64,000 nt of DNA from an uncultured Gemmatimonadales bacterium (lineage in GTDB: Bacteria; Gemmatimonadota; Gemmatimonadetes; Longimicrobiales; RSA9), in assembly GCA_963741945.1 (NCBI GenBank), contig CAVUKA010000005.1, positions 352,001-416,000 of the forward strand, read 5' to 3'. The position numbers and the translations under genes are program-made. Of the stretch, positions 18,228-27,702 are shown one piece after another (the stretch's first letter is position 1; the number at the start of each line of letters is the position of its first letter). The notes under the pieces are model-generated. The model was not told the origin of the DNA, ran no database searches, and worked only from the letters and a program-made list of their open reading frames with translations.

Positions 18228-19253
18228 ATGCGATTCTTCCCGCTCGCCGCCACCATCGGCCTGGCGCTCCTCGGCGCTTCACCCGGCGCCGGACAGCAGC
18301 CGGATCAGGAACCGGTGGACACCGCTTACGTCCCCGGCGATTTCCGCGTATTCACGGGAGCCGGCGAGCCGGCGTCGATCGAGGACATCGTGGCGGCCAT
18401 GGCCGGCGTCGACGTGGTCTTCATCGGCGAGACGCACGACGATCCCACCGGGCACATGCTCGAGGCGAAGCTGCTGGAAGCGGCTTCGGACCGCTACGGC
18501 GATTCGGGCCGCACCGTCGCGCTTTCGCTGGAGTTCTTCGAGCACGACGTCCAGCCCGTGCTGGACGAATACCTGGCCGACCTCATCTCCGAGTCCTCGT
18601 TCGAGGAGGCGAGCCGCCCCTGGCCGCGCTACCGCAGCGACTATCGACCTCTCATCGAGCTCGCCAGGGAGCGCGGCCTCGACGTGATCGCGGCGAACGC
18701 CCCCCGCCGCTATGTCACCCGCGTGTCCCGGCTCGGACGCGACGCGCTGGCCGATCTCCCCGCCAGTGCCCTGGCGTACCTCCCGCCGCTCCCGTACGGC
18801 CAGGCATCCGAGGCGTACAAGCAGCAGTGGATCCAGACCATCGCGGACGTGATGGCGCAGGAAGGGACCAGGTGCGGGGTACCCGTAGCCCATCCGCCGG
18901 CACCCATGGGCTCCCATCGGCAGATGGGCAATCAGCTCGACAGCCAGGTGCTCTGGGATGCCACCATGGCATGGTGGATCTCCCGCTACCTCGACGCGCA
19001 CCCCCACGCCCTCGTTCTCCACATGGTGGGCGGCTTCCACGTCGAGCGGGGCACCGGCATCCCCGAGCAGCTCCAGGCCTACAGCCCCGGGGCCAGCAGC
19101 CTGATCGTGTCGCTCCGCCCCGTGGAGGACGTGGGCACCTTCGAGGCCGCCCCCAGCGGCGAATGGGGCGACTTCGTCATCCAGACCGACCAGTCCCGCA
19201 CACTCGAAGAGATCGAGTGCCGGGAGTTCCGGGCAGAGCACAGCGCCCCGTAG
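18228..19253 (+). CDS. ChaN/PhuW family (Tiki superfamily) putative heme/iron uptake protein
   Basis: Signal peptide; DVVFIGETHDD, LSLEFFE, YRPLIELA...VIAANAPR, QVLWDATMA and GGFHVE.G.GIP motifs. Confidence 0.85.
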   Translation: MRFFPLAATIGLALLGASPGAGQQPDQEPVDTAYVPGDFRVFTGAGEPASIEDIVAAMAGVDVVFIGETHDDPTGHMLEAKLLEAASDRYGDSGRTVALSLEFFEHDVQPVLDEYLADLISESSFEEASRPWPRYRSDYRPLIELARERGLDVIAANAPRRYVTRVSRLGRDALADLPASALAYLPPLPYGQASEAYKQQWIQTIADVMAQEGTRCGVPVAHPPAPMGSHRQMGNQLDSQVLWDATMAWWISRYLDAHPHALVLHMVGGFHVERGTGIPEQLQAYSPGASSLIVSLRPVEDVGTFEAAPSGEWGDFVIQTDQSRTLEEIECREFRAEHSAP

Positions 19254-19329
19254 CCGGGGATCTTGCTCTCCGGAACCACATCGCCTATTTCGAGTCCCAT
19301 CTGCCCGAACCCCCAGAGAGTGGCAGATC

Positions 19330-22300
19330 TTGCCGTATCGTCTCATCACATTGGGAGAGCCCGGGCTGGACCTGGATGGCGAGCGGGTGGAGATCCCGCT
19401 CGGCAAGCCGTTCGCCCTGCTCGTCCACCTCGCGTTCGCGCCTGAGGGGGTGAGTCGCGCCGACCTGGCGCGGCTGCTGTGGGCAGGGTCGGACGCGTCG
19501 CGCGCGCGCCAGTCGGTGCGGCAGGCGCTGTCGCTGCTTCGTCGCCTGCTCGAGCCGGATCTGCTGGTGGGCGAGGACCCGGTTCGCCTGGACGCGTCGC
19601 GCCTGCAGACGGACGTGGCAGAGCTCCGCGCGGCGCTGGCCGCCGACCGCCTCGACCATGCGCTGCTGCTGCGCGGGGGACGCTTTCTCGAAGCATTCAC
19701 GACGGACGAGTCGCGCTTCGAGCGGTGGGCGGAGGACATCCGCAGCGAAGTGGACCGCGAAGTGGCCGATGTCCTGCTCCGCCACGCGGGCGCGGCGGCG
19801 GCGACCGGTGAGCCGGAGCGCGCGCGGACGTTCGCGGAGCTGGCGGTCGAAGTGGCGCCCCACCGGATGGAGGCGCACGAGGCGCGTGTGCTGGCGCTGC
19901 TGATGCTGCGCGACGCCGGGGAAGCGGCGGCCGCGCTCCGTGAGGCCGAGGAGCGGGCGGGCGAGGGGGATGACGAGGTGCTCTCGGATCTCCGGGCGCG
20001 TCTCCAGGCGCTCCGCCGGGCAGCCGCGCAGCCGGGGGAGGACGGTGCGAGGCGGTTCGTGTTCGCCGATCGTCGCCGTGAGCTGGCGCTCCTGACCCGG
20101 GTATGGCGCCGTGCCGCGAGCGGGCAGCGGGAAGTCGCGCTGGTGAAGGGGCCGAAAGGGATCGGGAAGACGCGGCTGGCCCGCGAGCTGGCAACGGTGG
20201 TCGCCGCGTCGGGCGGAGCCGTGATCGGCGCGCAGGGGCTCCCGTCCGACCGGGACATCGAGCTCGGGCTCGTGGCGGAGCTGGTGTCGGCGCTCCTCGC
20301 GCTGCCGGGCGCGGCGGGGACCAGTCCGGCCTCGGACCGGGTGCTGCGGTCGCTCGTGCCCAGCCGCCTGCGCTCCGGCGAGATTGCCCCCCACGGGCTT
20401 CCCGCCCACGTGGCACTGGCGGACGCGTTCGTGGACCTCCTGGGCGCAGTGACGTTCGAGGCGCCGCTGCTCGTGATCGGCGACGACATGCAGTGGGCCG
20501 ACCCCGCCTCCCGCGCGCTTCTCGGCCGCGTCGGGCGCCGCCTGCGGGGTGAGTCGATCATGCTCGCGTATCTCTATCGCGCCGATGGCGCCACGGCCGA
20601 AGACCGCGCGGTCGAGGAGCAGGCCATCAGCGAGCTCGGCGCCGTGGTGGTGACCCTCCGGCCGCTCGCGCTGTCCGACGTGGCGGCCATCCTGAGGACG
20701 TCGGAGCTGGTCCGCCCCCGCCCGGGGCCCGAGGCTTCCGCCGGCGCCGCCCGGGCCGGGGCCTCGCCGGGAGCGCTCGCGGCCGAGGCGGAAACCGTCG
20801 CCCGCCGCATCGACCCCGTGGTCCGGGGCAACCCGCTCTTCCTGCGGCACCTCGTGGAAGACCTGGGTGCCCGCGCGCTGCTGCGCCCGGACGGCTCCAT
20901 CGACCCGGATCGGCTGGCGGATCCGCCGCCACTCCCGGCGCCCGTGGCGGCGGAGCTGCGCCGTCGCCTGGGAGCGCTGCAGCCCGAGGCGATGGCGGTG
21001 GCGGAAGCGATGGCCCGCGTGGCGGCGCCGATCCCCGCGCCGCGGCTGCGCCGATCCACCACGCTGGGGGCGCACGCATTCGACCGCGCGGTCGCGGAGC
21101 TCGCCGAGGCCGGTCTGGCGCGCTGGGAGGGGGAGGACACGCTGGTGTTCGTCCACCCGGAGCTCCGTCGGATGGCGATGCAGCCCGGGCGGGTGGCGGA
21201 GGCGGAGAATCGACTTCCGTCCTGGCCCCGGCTCGTGCTGAGCGCGGGCGCGCTGGCCATCCTGGTCCTGCTCATCGGCGGCTACGCGCTGGGGGTGTTC
21301 CCCGACCGGCCGCCGCCCTACGGCGGGGGCGCGCTGTTCATCCGCCAGCCCGATGGCTGGGTGCGCATGAACGTGGACACCCGCGATCCGGGCCGATGGC
21401 GCACCCGTGCCCTCGGGGACTCCGTCCCTTCCGGCGACTTCGTTCCCCATCGGGCGCCGGACGGGTCGCTGCTGTGGTCCGGCCACCTGGAGCGCGAGGA
21501 CCGTGGTCCCGACATCGTGGTCCTCAACGGCGCGCGTGACACGCTCGTGGAGCTGCGGAGCCGTGGCGACCTGTACCTGGGGGCCATTTCGCCCGACGCC
21601 GAGTGGCTCGCCTACACGCGGGAGGACACCGCATCCGGGGAGTACCGCGAAGACGAGGTCATCACTCGCCTGGACGGCCGGGAGACGCGGGTCCTCTACT
21701 CCGCCCGCGGCCTGGCCACCACGCCCCGATGGTCCCCCGACGGTCAGTTGCTCGCGTTCACCGCCCAGGGGCAGGACGACACGTTGCGAATGGTGACCCC
21801 CCACGGAGACACCGTGGCGAAATGGATCACACCGCCCCTCTCCCACATGGAGTGGTGCGGCGCCCGACTCGCCGCCTCGGTCACCCGCGCGGACACGCCC
21901 CGCATCGCACTGTTCCATCCAGGGCAGCCGGAGCCTCGCCTGTTCGAAGAGATCGGATTCGGCCCCATCGCCTGCTCGCCTGACGGCACCGCCATGATCC
22001 ACAGCGGCGTGCGTTCGGGCCGCCGCGTGCTGGTGCTCCGGGATCTGCGCTCCGGCGAGACGCGTCCGCTGCCACTGCACCTGGACCAGGCGGCAGACCG
22101 GATCTCCTGGCTGCCGCCCCATCCTGCACCGATCCCGGTGGCCCTCGACGCCGGCGCGGCTCCACTCGAGCTGGAATGGGGCGAGCGGCGCCCGCTCGTC
22201 GCCAGCCTCGTCTACTCGAACGGGATGCGGAAGGCGGCGGACTCCGTGCGCTGGACCACCGGGAAACCGGGGGTGGCTTCCGTGTTCGATGGAGACCGGA

Positions 22301-23022
22301 TCACGGCGAACGCACCGGGCGCCACCGTGCTCACGGCGGAATGGGGGTGGTCCCTGAGCGACACGCGGAGAATCCGGGTGAGCGGCGACCGGCCGCGGGC
22401 GGCCCGTGTGGCGGACGCGTTCGCCACCCTCGACACCACGCGCTGGATTCCCGTGGGCTGGCCGCGGCCCGAGGTCGAGCCACTCGACGGCCACCCGGCG
22501 CTCCACATGAAGGGGGACGCGAAGTACCAGGACGGGCTGGTCCTGCGGCAGCCGGTCCCGGCCGACCACGGGATCACGCTGGAGCTCGAAGCCCGCGTCC
22601 CGCTGACGCGGCGGGACTACCAGGATGTGGACGTGTGCCTGGTGGCCGCGACGCCCGCCGACGTGGATCGCGCGACCGGCGAATGGAATCCGCCGCAGCA
22701 GTCGGTATGCGTGCGATACCCATCGCGCGTCGGGTCGCGGTTCGACCCGACCAGTGTCTGGTTCAGCGTGTGCGACAACCCCGAGATCGAAGCCTTCCTC
22801 GACGAGCCCACGGGGCAGCGCTGGTTCCATCTGGCGCTGGAGCTCCGGCCGGACGGGCAGGCGTCGCTGTGGCTGGACCACCGCAAGCTCCTGACCGCCC
22901 CCGTTCACGTGGCCATCGACCCCGCCCGGCTGTGGACCGTCCGCCTCGCCGCCCGCGCGGTCGGGACGGACATCTACGTGCGCGATCTGGCCCTCTGGAC
23001 CGAGCCCCGGTTCAGCCCGTAG
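19330..23022 (+). CDS. BTAD/SARP-type activator + STAND AAA ATPase + TM helix + beta-propeller + Ig-like + ConA-like domain
   Basis: N-terminal LITLG..wHTH/BTAD; Walker A GPKGIGKT, Walker B LLVIGDDMQWAD; TM LVLSAGALAILVLLIGGYALGVF; SPDG repeats; VRWTT..PGVASV...ITANAPGATVLTA (Big_2-like); WFHLALELRPDGQASLWLD. Confidence 0.8.
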   Translation: MPYRLITLGEPGLDLDGERVEIPLGKPFALLVHLAFAPEGVSRADLARLLWAGSDASRARQSVRQALSLLRRLLEPDLLVGEDPVRLDASRLQTDVAELRAALAADRLDHALLLRGGRFLEAFTTDESRFERWAEDIRSEVDREVADVLLRHAGAAAATGEPERARTFAELAVEVAPHRMEAHEARVLALLMLRDAGEAAAALREAEERAGEGDDEVLSDLRARLQALRRAAAQPGEDGARRFVFADRRRELALLTRVWRRAASGQREVALVKGPKGIGKTRLARELATVVAASGGAVIGAQGLPSDRDIELGLVAELVSALLALPGAAGTSPASDRVLRSLVPSRLRSGEIAPHGLPAHVALADAFVDLLGAVTFEAPLLVIGDDMQWADPASRALLGRVGRRLRGESIMLAYLYRADGATAEDRAVEEQAISELGAVVVTLRPLALSDVAAILRTSELVRPRPGPEASAGAARAGASPGALAAEAETVARRIDPVVRGNPLFLRHLVEDLGARALLRPDGSIDPDRLADPPPLPAPVAAELRRRLGALQPEAMAVAEAMARVAAPIPAPRLRRSTTLGAHAFDRAVAELAEAGLARWEGEDTLVFVHPELRRMAMQPGRVAEAENRLPSWPRLVLSAGALAILVLLIGGYALGVFPDRPPPYGGGALFIRQPDGWVRMNVDTRDPGRWRTRALGDSVPSGDFVPHRAPDGSLLWSGHLEREDRGPDIVVLNGARDTLVELRSRGDLYLGAISPDAEWLAYTREDTASGEYREDEVITRLDGRETRVLYSARGLATTPRWSPDGQLLAFTAQGQDDTLRMVTPHGDTVAKWITPPLSHMEWCGARLAASVTRADTPRIALFHPGQPEPRLFEEIGFGPIACSPDGTAMIHSGVRSGRRVLVLRDLRSGETRPLPLHLDQAADRISWLPPHPAPIPVALDAGAAPLELEWGERRPLVASLVYSNGMRKAADSVRWTTGKPGVASVFDGDRITANAPGATVLTAEWGWSLSDTRRIRVSGDRPRAARVADAFATLDTTRWIPVGWPRPEVEPLDGHPALHMKGDAKYQDGLVLRQPVPADHGITLELEARVPLTRRDYQDVDVCLVAATPADVDRATGEWNPPQQSVCVRYPSRVGSRFDPTSVWFSVCDNPEIEAFLDEPTGQRWFHLALELRPDGQASLWLDHRKLLTAPVHVAIDPARLWTVRLAARAVGTDIYVRDLALWTEPRFSP

Positions 23023-23077
23023 CGACGAGGCCCACCTGCCGCTTGCTTCTTCGGCCTCACCAGTGCAGCGTTCGCGG

Positions 23078-23872
23078 ATGCGTGCATTCGTTTCCGCCCT
23101 GGTATGGGGCGCCATTGGACTCCTCGCCCTGCTCTGGCTCCCGCTGCTCACGGCGATCTTCGTGGTCACCGCGCCCTTCGACCGCGGCCGCTACACGGCC
23201 GGCCGGTGGTTCCGGCGGGCGGCCATCGTGGCGGTGAAGCTGATCCCGTTCTGGCAGTTCCGGACGAGCGGAGTGGAGATCAGGGATCCGCGCAGGCCGT
23301 ACGTCGCCGTGGCCAACCACGAGTCCTATGCGGACATCTTCCTGCTGTCGCACCTTCCGTGGGAGATGAAGTGGCTGTCCAAGAAGGCGATTTTCCGGAT
23401 CCCCGTCATGGGTTGGATGATGCGCATGGCGGGCGACATCCCGGTGGCGCGCGGCAGCGTGCGCAGCCGAGCCGGCGCCCTGGACCAGATCCTGGACCGG
23501 CTCGACAAGCGCGTGTCGGTGATGATCCTGCCGGAGGGGACACGCTCGACCACGGACAAGCTGCTCCCGTTCCGGGATGGTGCGTTCCGGGCGGCCATCG
23601 AGAAGCAGGTTCCCGTGCTCCCCATCGCGGTGGCAGGGACGCGGAACGCCATGGCCAAGCACTCCATGCGCTTCAACCGTGCCCGTGCCGTGGCGCGGGT
23701 GCTCGAGCCCGTCCCGACGGACGGGCTGGGCATGGAAGACGTGGCCACGCTCCGGGACAGGGTCCGCGCCATGATCCAGCAGGCGCGCGACGAGCTGCGG
23801 CGCGAGCTCGGGCTGGACGGGCAGGCGGGTGGAAGCGGTGAAGGGCGGACCGATACCGCTCCCGGCAGCTAG
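23078..23872 (+). CDS. plsC: 1-acyl-sn-glycerol-3-phosphate acyltransferase
   Basis: NHESYAD (HX4D), ILPEGTRS, FRDGAF and VPVLPI motifs. Confidence 0.9.
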   Translation: MRAFVSALVWGAIGLLALLWLPLLTAIFVVTAPFDRGRYTAGRWFRRAAIVAVKLIPFWQFRTSGVEIRDPRRPYVAVANHESYADIFLLSHLPWEMKWLSKKAIFRIPVMGWMMRMAGDIPVARGSVRSRAGALDQILDRLDKRVSVMILPEGTRSTTDKLLPFRDGAFRAAIEKQVPVLPIAVAGTRNAMAKHSMRFNRARAVARVLEPVPTDGLGMEDVATLRDRVRAMIQQARDELRRELGLDGQAGGSGEGRTDTAPGS

Positions 23873-24483
23873 CGCTGATTGTCGGAGACGCGCAACGGGA
23901 TGGACCCGGCCGCTTCCGGACGCAGCGGCTCGACCTGGCCGGTTCCCCGGTCGTAGAGCGTCTTGAGCACGCGCAACTCCACCATCTCGGCCACGGCCGG
24001 GCGAAGCTCCAGCGCGTCGGCGTAGAACGCCACCAGCTCCCGGTCCGACGCGTGGTCGCCCGCCAGCCTCACCATGGCGAGGGCGTTGTCCACGTGGATG
24101 TCCAGCACGGACAGCTCCGACCTGGCCGTGTGCTGCTCGACCCATGCGCGCAGCTCCGGGTTGGTGCGCCCGCGCAGGCGACGCAGCAGACGGGCGAGCG
24201 GGGACCGCGGCGGAAGAAGGGGCCCCAGGTCGCCTACGGCATCACCCAGCGCGGACAGCACGCGCCCGTGGAGCTTGCGCGCCTCCTGCCCGCGGATGTG
24301 GTGGAGCCGGGCGTAAGTGGCGATCAGCCGCTGGGCGGGCGCCCGTCCGGCTCCTTCCTCGACCAGCTCCACCGCCGAACGCACGTGCTCGTCGAACACC
24401 TGTTCCGATGCGACCACGGCCGCCACGTGCAGCCGGTCCATGAGATCCGTCGGGATCCGGTTCTTTCGGATGCGCGGACGCAT
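23869..24483 (-). CDS. Hypothetical helical protein with an internal two-fold repeat
   Basis: GAGGTG RBS before ATG 24483; 204 aa; duplicated HVxxA...Y motif. Confidence 0.7.
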   Translation of the reverse strand: MRPRIRKNRIPTDLMDRLHVAAVVASEQVFDEHVRSAVELVEEGAGRAPAQRLIATYARLHHIRGQEARKLHGRVLSALGDAVGDLGPLLPPRSPLARLLRRLRGRTNPELRAWVEQHTARSELSVLDIHVDNALAMVRLAGDHASDRELVAFYADALELRPAVAEMVELRVLKTLYDRGTGQVEPLRPEAAGSIPLRVSDNQR

Positions 24484-24714
24484 GCTTTCACCTCGCCCGA
24501 GAGAGTGGATCCCGCTCGTACTGCAATAGGCATTCTCTCCGGCGACGATGGGGCCGGCTGCCGCGGAAACCCGAGGTCGCGGACCGGCCCACGCCCTCGT
24601 GCGGCCCCCTGTCCCCGGGCGATCCCACACCCCGTACGCGGGATCACCGCCCGGTACTGTTTTCCCGGATCCGCAACTATGTGCGTCCGTCCGGCAGAGC
24701 GGGGAGATGGCGCT

Positions 24715-25644
24715 TCAGCGGCGGGGGCGCGCCAGGACGAGCGTGGCGCCGGCATCCGAGTCCTGGATCTCGAAGACGTGCGACCGACGGGCGCTCTCGC
24801 CGGTGGCCGGGACCCGGACGGTGACCGTAAGCCGGTACAGCCCTCGCTCCAGGTCGGCGGTCAGCCGGCGCAACTCACGGACCGTTCCACGGGCTTCCGG
24901 CGCGCGCCCCTGAAAGCGGATCCCGCTGCCCGATTCCGCCGGTCCGCCTTCCCCATCCACCGGCTCGAACGAGATCTCGGTCACGTACCGGGCCGACGCC
25001 GGCATGTTGTAGATCTCGTAATAGAGGTCGAGGGAGCTCTCCGGGAAGCGCGCCAGCGGCAGGATGGCGACGGTGTTCCCCTCACGGTCGAGGCCGCCCT
25101 CCGGCTGCGGCTGGCCCAGCGCGATGTCACTGAGCATGAGCTCGCTGCCGCCGTAGTCGGGGATGGGGAAGGAGGCGTCGTAGAGCTGACCGACCCCCAC
25201 GACGTTCGGGTCGGTCATCACCACGCGCTGCACCGTCGTGGCCGAGGGCGGCGCCTGGACGGCCACCTGCGTGTAGAGCAGGTGCTCATCCGGAAGTCTG
25301 GAAGGCGCGGCCACGGACACGGAGTCGTCGGTCCGGAAGACCACCCTCGTTGCGGTGTCGGCGAGGACAAAGGAGACGTTGAAGCGATAGACATCCTCGC
25401 CGCCCACGTCCCTGCGCTCCAGCCAGCGCGTCGCCACGGCGACGGCCGCGACCACCGCAGTCCGGCCATTCTCGCCCCGGAACGTGTACAGGTCGTAGAA
25501 GAACGGGAGCGCGCCGGGCTGGTGGAAGGCGGCCCGCTGCTCCTCGCCCGGAACCTGCCCGGCCACCGGCCGTCCCGCCCCCGCGCCCGCGATCGCCAGC
25601 GAGGCGAGCACCATGACCAGCCGGAATCTGGAGCGGATCATCAT
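24715..25644 (-). CDS. Secreted hypothetical beta-rich protein
   Basis: Signal peptide; IPDYGGSELMLSDIALG and LYYEIYN segments resemble Ig-like regions of GWxTD proteins (recollection). Confidence 0.7.
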   Translation of the reverse strand: MMIRSRFRLVMVLASLAIAGAGAGRPVAGQVPGEEQRAAFHQPGALPFFYDLYTFRGENGRTAVVAAVAVATRWLERRDVGGEDVYRFNVSFVLADTATRVVFRTDDSVSVAAPSRLPDEHLLYTQVAVQAPPSATTVQRVVMTDPNVVGVGQLYDASFPIPDYGGSELMLSDIALGQPQPEGGLDREGNTVAILPLARFPESSLDLYYEIYNMPASARYVTEISFEPVDGEGGPAESGSGIRFQGRAPEARGTVRELRRLTADLERGLYRLTVTVRVPATGESARRSHVFEIQDSDAGATLVLARPRR

Positions 25645-25740
25645 CGCTTCTGCTGTCAACGGATCCCCTTCCCCGATATTAATGTAAGGTCAACGCCGGG
25701 GAGCTCGCGGCCCCCGGCTTGCCGACCGCGACCGCCCGAC

Positions 25741-26460
25741 ATGGCCATGGACGACGAGCAGAAAGAGCCGGCACCACCGCGAAGCGCACGGCGGGCGCTC
25801 CTGCGCAGGGGCGTTCTTGCCGTCGCGCTCCTGCCACTGGCCTACTACGTCCTGTGTATACTCGGGCTCGTGTATCTGCGGTTCCTCCCGCCCGTGGTCA
25901 CCACCGTGCAGATCCAGCGCGTGGTGGAGCGGGCGGCAGACCACGAGCGGCCGCTCCGGGATTACCGCTGGCGAAGTCTCACACGCATGTCACCGAACGT
26001 GCCACACGCCGTCGTGGCCGCCGAGGACGCTCGCTTCTATCAGCATCACGGCTTCGATTGGGAGGAGCTGCGAAAGGCGAGGCAGCAGGCGCGGACCCGG
26101 GGCGTCCCCATGCGGGGAGCGTCCACCCTGACCCAGCAGCTGATCAAGAACCTCTACTTCACCACGCACCGCAACCCGGTGCGGAAGCTCTACGAGTGGG
26201 GGCTCACGCTCCCGACGGAATGGATTCTGGGAAAGCGACGGATCCTGGAGCTCTACGTCAACGTGGTGGAGTTCGGGCCGGGGATCTTTGGCGCTCAGGC
26301 GGCCGCCCGCCACTACTATGGCACCGACGCTGCCCGCCTCTCCCGGCACCAGGCGGCCAGCCTGGCCGCCGTCCTTCCCGCCCCGCTCCGGCGGCGGCCG
26401 CAGCGGATGGGGTGGTACGCCGGCATCATCGAGCAGCGGATGAGCCAGCTGGGCTGGTGA
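25741..26460 (+). CDS. mtgA: Monofunctional peptidoglycan transglycosylase
   Basis: GT51 motifs [28 protein letters not shown] and RILELYVN; N-terminal TM helix. Confidence 0.92.
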   Translation: MAMDDEQKEPAPPRSARRALLRRGVLAVALLPLAYYVLCILGLVYLRFLPPVVTTVQIQRVVERAADHERPLRDYRWRSLTRMSPNVPHAVVAAEDARFYQHHGFDWEELRKARQQARTRGVPMRGASTLTQQLIKNLYFTTHRNPVRKLYEWGLTLPTEWILGKRRILELYVNVVEFGPGIFGAQAAARHYYGTDAARLSRHQAASLAAVLPAPLRRRPQRMGWYAGIIEQRMSQLGW

Positions 26461-26569
26461 GGGGCGGACCCCCTCCGCCGCACTGCTTCCGGTTGCTTCC
26501 GGCCCATCGACGCTTCATCCTGACATCGTCGTCGCCGAAGGCGCGTTCGAGCTCCCCCACAGGACGGTC

Positions 26570-27523
26570 ATGGTCGCACACAAGCTGACACGCTACGCCT
26601 GGCTCTCGATCGTCGCCGCGGTGGTGACGATCGCGCTGAAAGGCGGGGCGTACGTACTGACGGATTCCGTGGGGCTGCTGTCCGACGCGCTGGAGTCGAT
26701 GGTGAACCTGGTGGCGGCGGTGGTGGCGCTGCGGGCGCTGGCCGTGGCGAGTCGGCCGGCGGATGAAGAGCATGCGTACGGCCACACGAAGGCGGAGTAC
26801 TTCTCGAGCGGCTTCGAGGGGGCGCTGGTCCTGGTCGCGGCGGTACTCATCGCGGCCACCGCGGTGAGACGGCTGCTCAACCCGGTGGCGCTGCAGGACA
26901 TCGGGCTGGGGCTGACCGTGTCGGTGGCGGCTTCCGTCGTGAACTTCATGGTGGCGCGTGTGCTCTTCCGGGCCGCGGCCGAGCGCCACTCCATCGCCCT
27001 CGAGGCGGATGCCCATCACCTGATGACGGATGTCTGGACGTCGGTGGGTGTGCTGGCGGGGGTCGGGCTCGTCGGGATCACCGGCTGGAACGCGCTGGAC
27101 CCCATCGTCGCGCTGCTCGTGGCCGCAAACGTCACGCGCGTGGGCGTGGCACTGCTCCGCCGGTCCATGCTCGGCCTGCTCGATACGGCGTTGCCGGCGG
27201 AAGTCCAGGGGGAGATCCGGGCCGTGCTGGCCCGGCACGAACGGAACGGCATCCAGTTCCACGCGTTCCGGAGCCGGCGCTCCGGCGCTCACCGGTTCAT
27301 GTCCGTTCACGTCCTCGTGCCCGGGGAATGGACGGTGCAGCGCGGGCACGACCTGCTGGAGAGCATCGAGGAAGAGATCCGCGAAGCGGTGCCGCGGCTC
27401 ACGGTCTTCACCCACCTGGAGCCGCTCGAGGACCCGGTCGCGTGGTACGACACGTCGCTGGAGCGGCCGCCGCGGACCCCACCCGAGCGACCCGGACAGG
27501 GCGAGGGTCCGGCGAGCGGGTGA
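26570..27523 (+). CDS. Cation diffusion facilitator family transporter (FieF-like)
   Basis: [26 protein letters not shown] and [10 protein letters not shown]-terminal dimerisation domain ending THLEP. Confidence 0.93.
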   Translation: MVAHKLTRYAWLSIVAAVVTIALKGGAYVLTDSVGLLSDALESMVNLVAAVVALRALAVASRPADEEHAYGHTKAEYFSSGFEGALVLVAAVLIAATAVRRLLNPVALQDIGLGLTVSVAASVVNFMVARVLFRAAAERHSIALEADAHHLMTDVWTSVGVLAGVGLVGITGWNALDPIVALLVAANVTRVGVALLRRSMLGLLDTALPAEVQGEIRAVLARHERNGIQFHAFRSRRSGAHRFMSVHVLVPGEWTVQRGHDLLESIEEEIREAVPRLTVFTHLEPLEDPVAWYDTSLERPPRTPPERPGQGEGPASG

Positions 27524-27571
27524 GCACGCTGCGCCACCCCGCGGCGGGAGGCTGAGCGCCCGGGCGCCTCC

Positions 27572-27596
27572 GAAACCGCCAGGGCCGGGTGCCGTA
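27572..27596 (+). promoter_or_regulatory. Candidate ECF-sigma promoter
   Basis: GAAAC-N16-CGTA, ~105 nt upstream of the ABC permease. Confidence 0.45.
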
Positions 27597-27702
27597 CGGT
27601 CAGGGCGAGGACGCACGGCCGGCTGCCGCGCCCTGGGCGGGAGCCCAGGCCTGAGCCGATGCCGCGAGGCCCACGACGTCCGACCCCGAACACTGGCCTG
27701 CC

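Noticed and set aside
19285-23169. 1294-aa minus-strand ORF and other long antisense ORFs (e.g. 3131-5152, 10690-12999, 33094-35472)
   Set aside because: Shadow frames of well-supported genes in high-GC DNA; they have no recognisable motifs.
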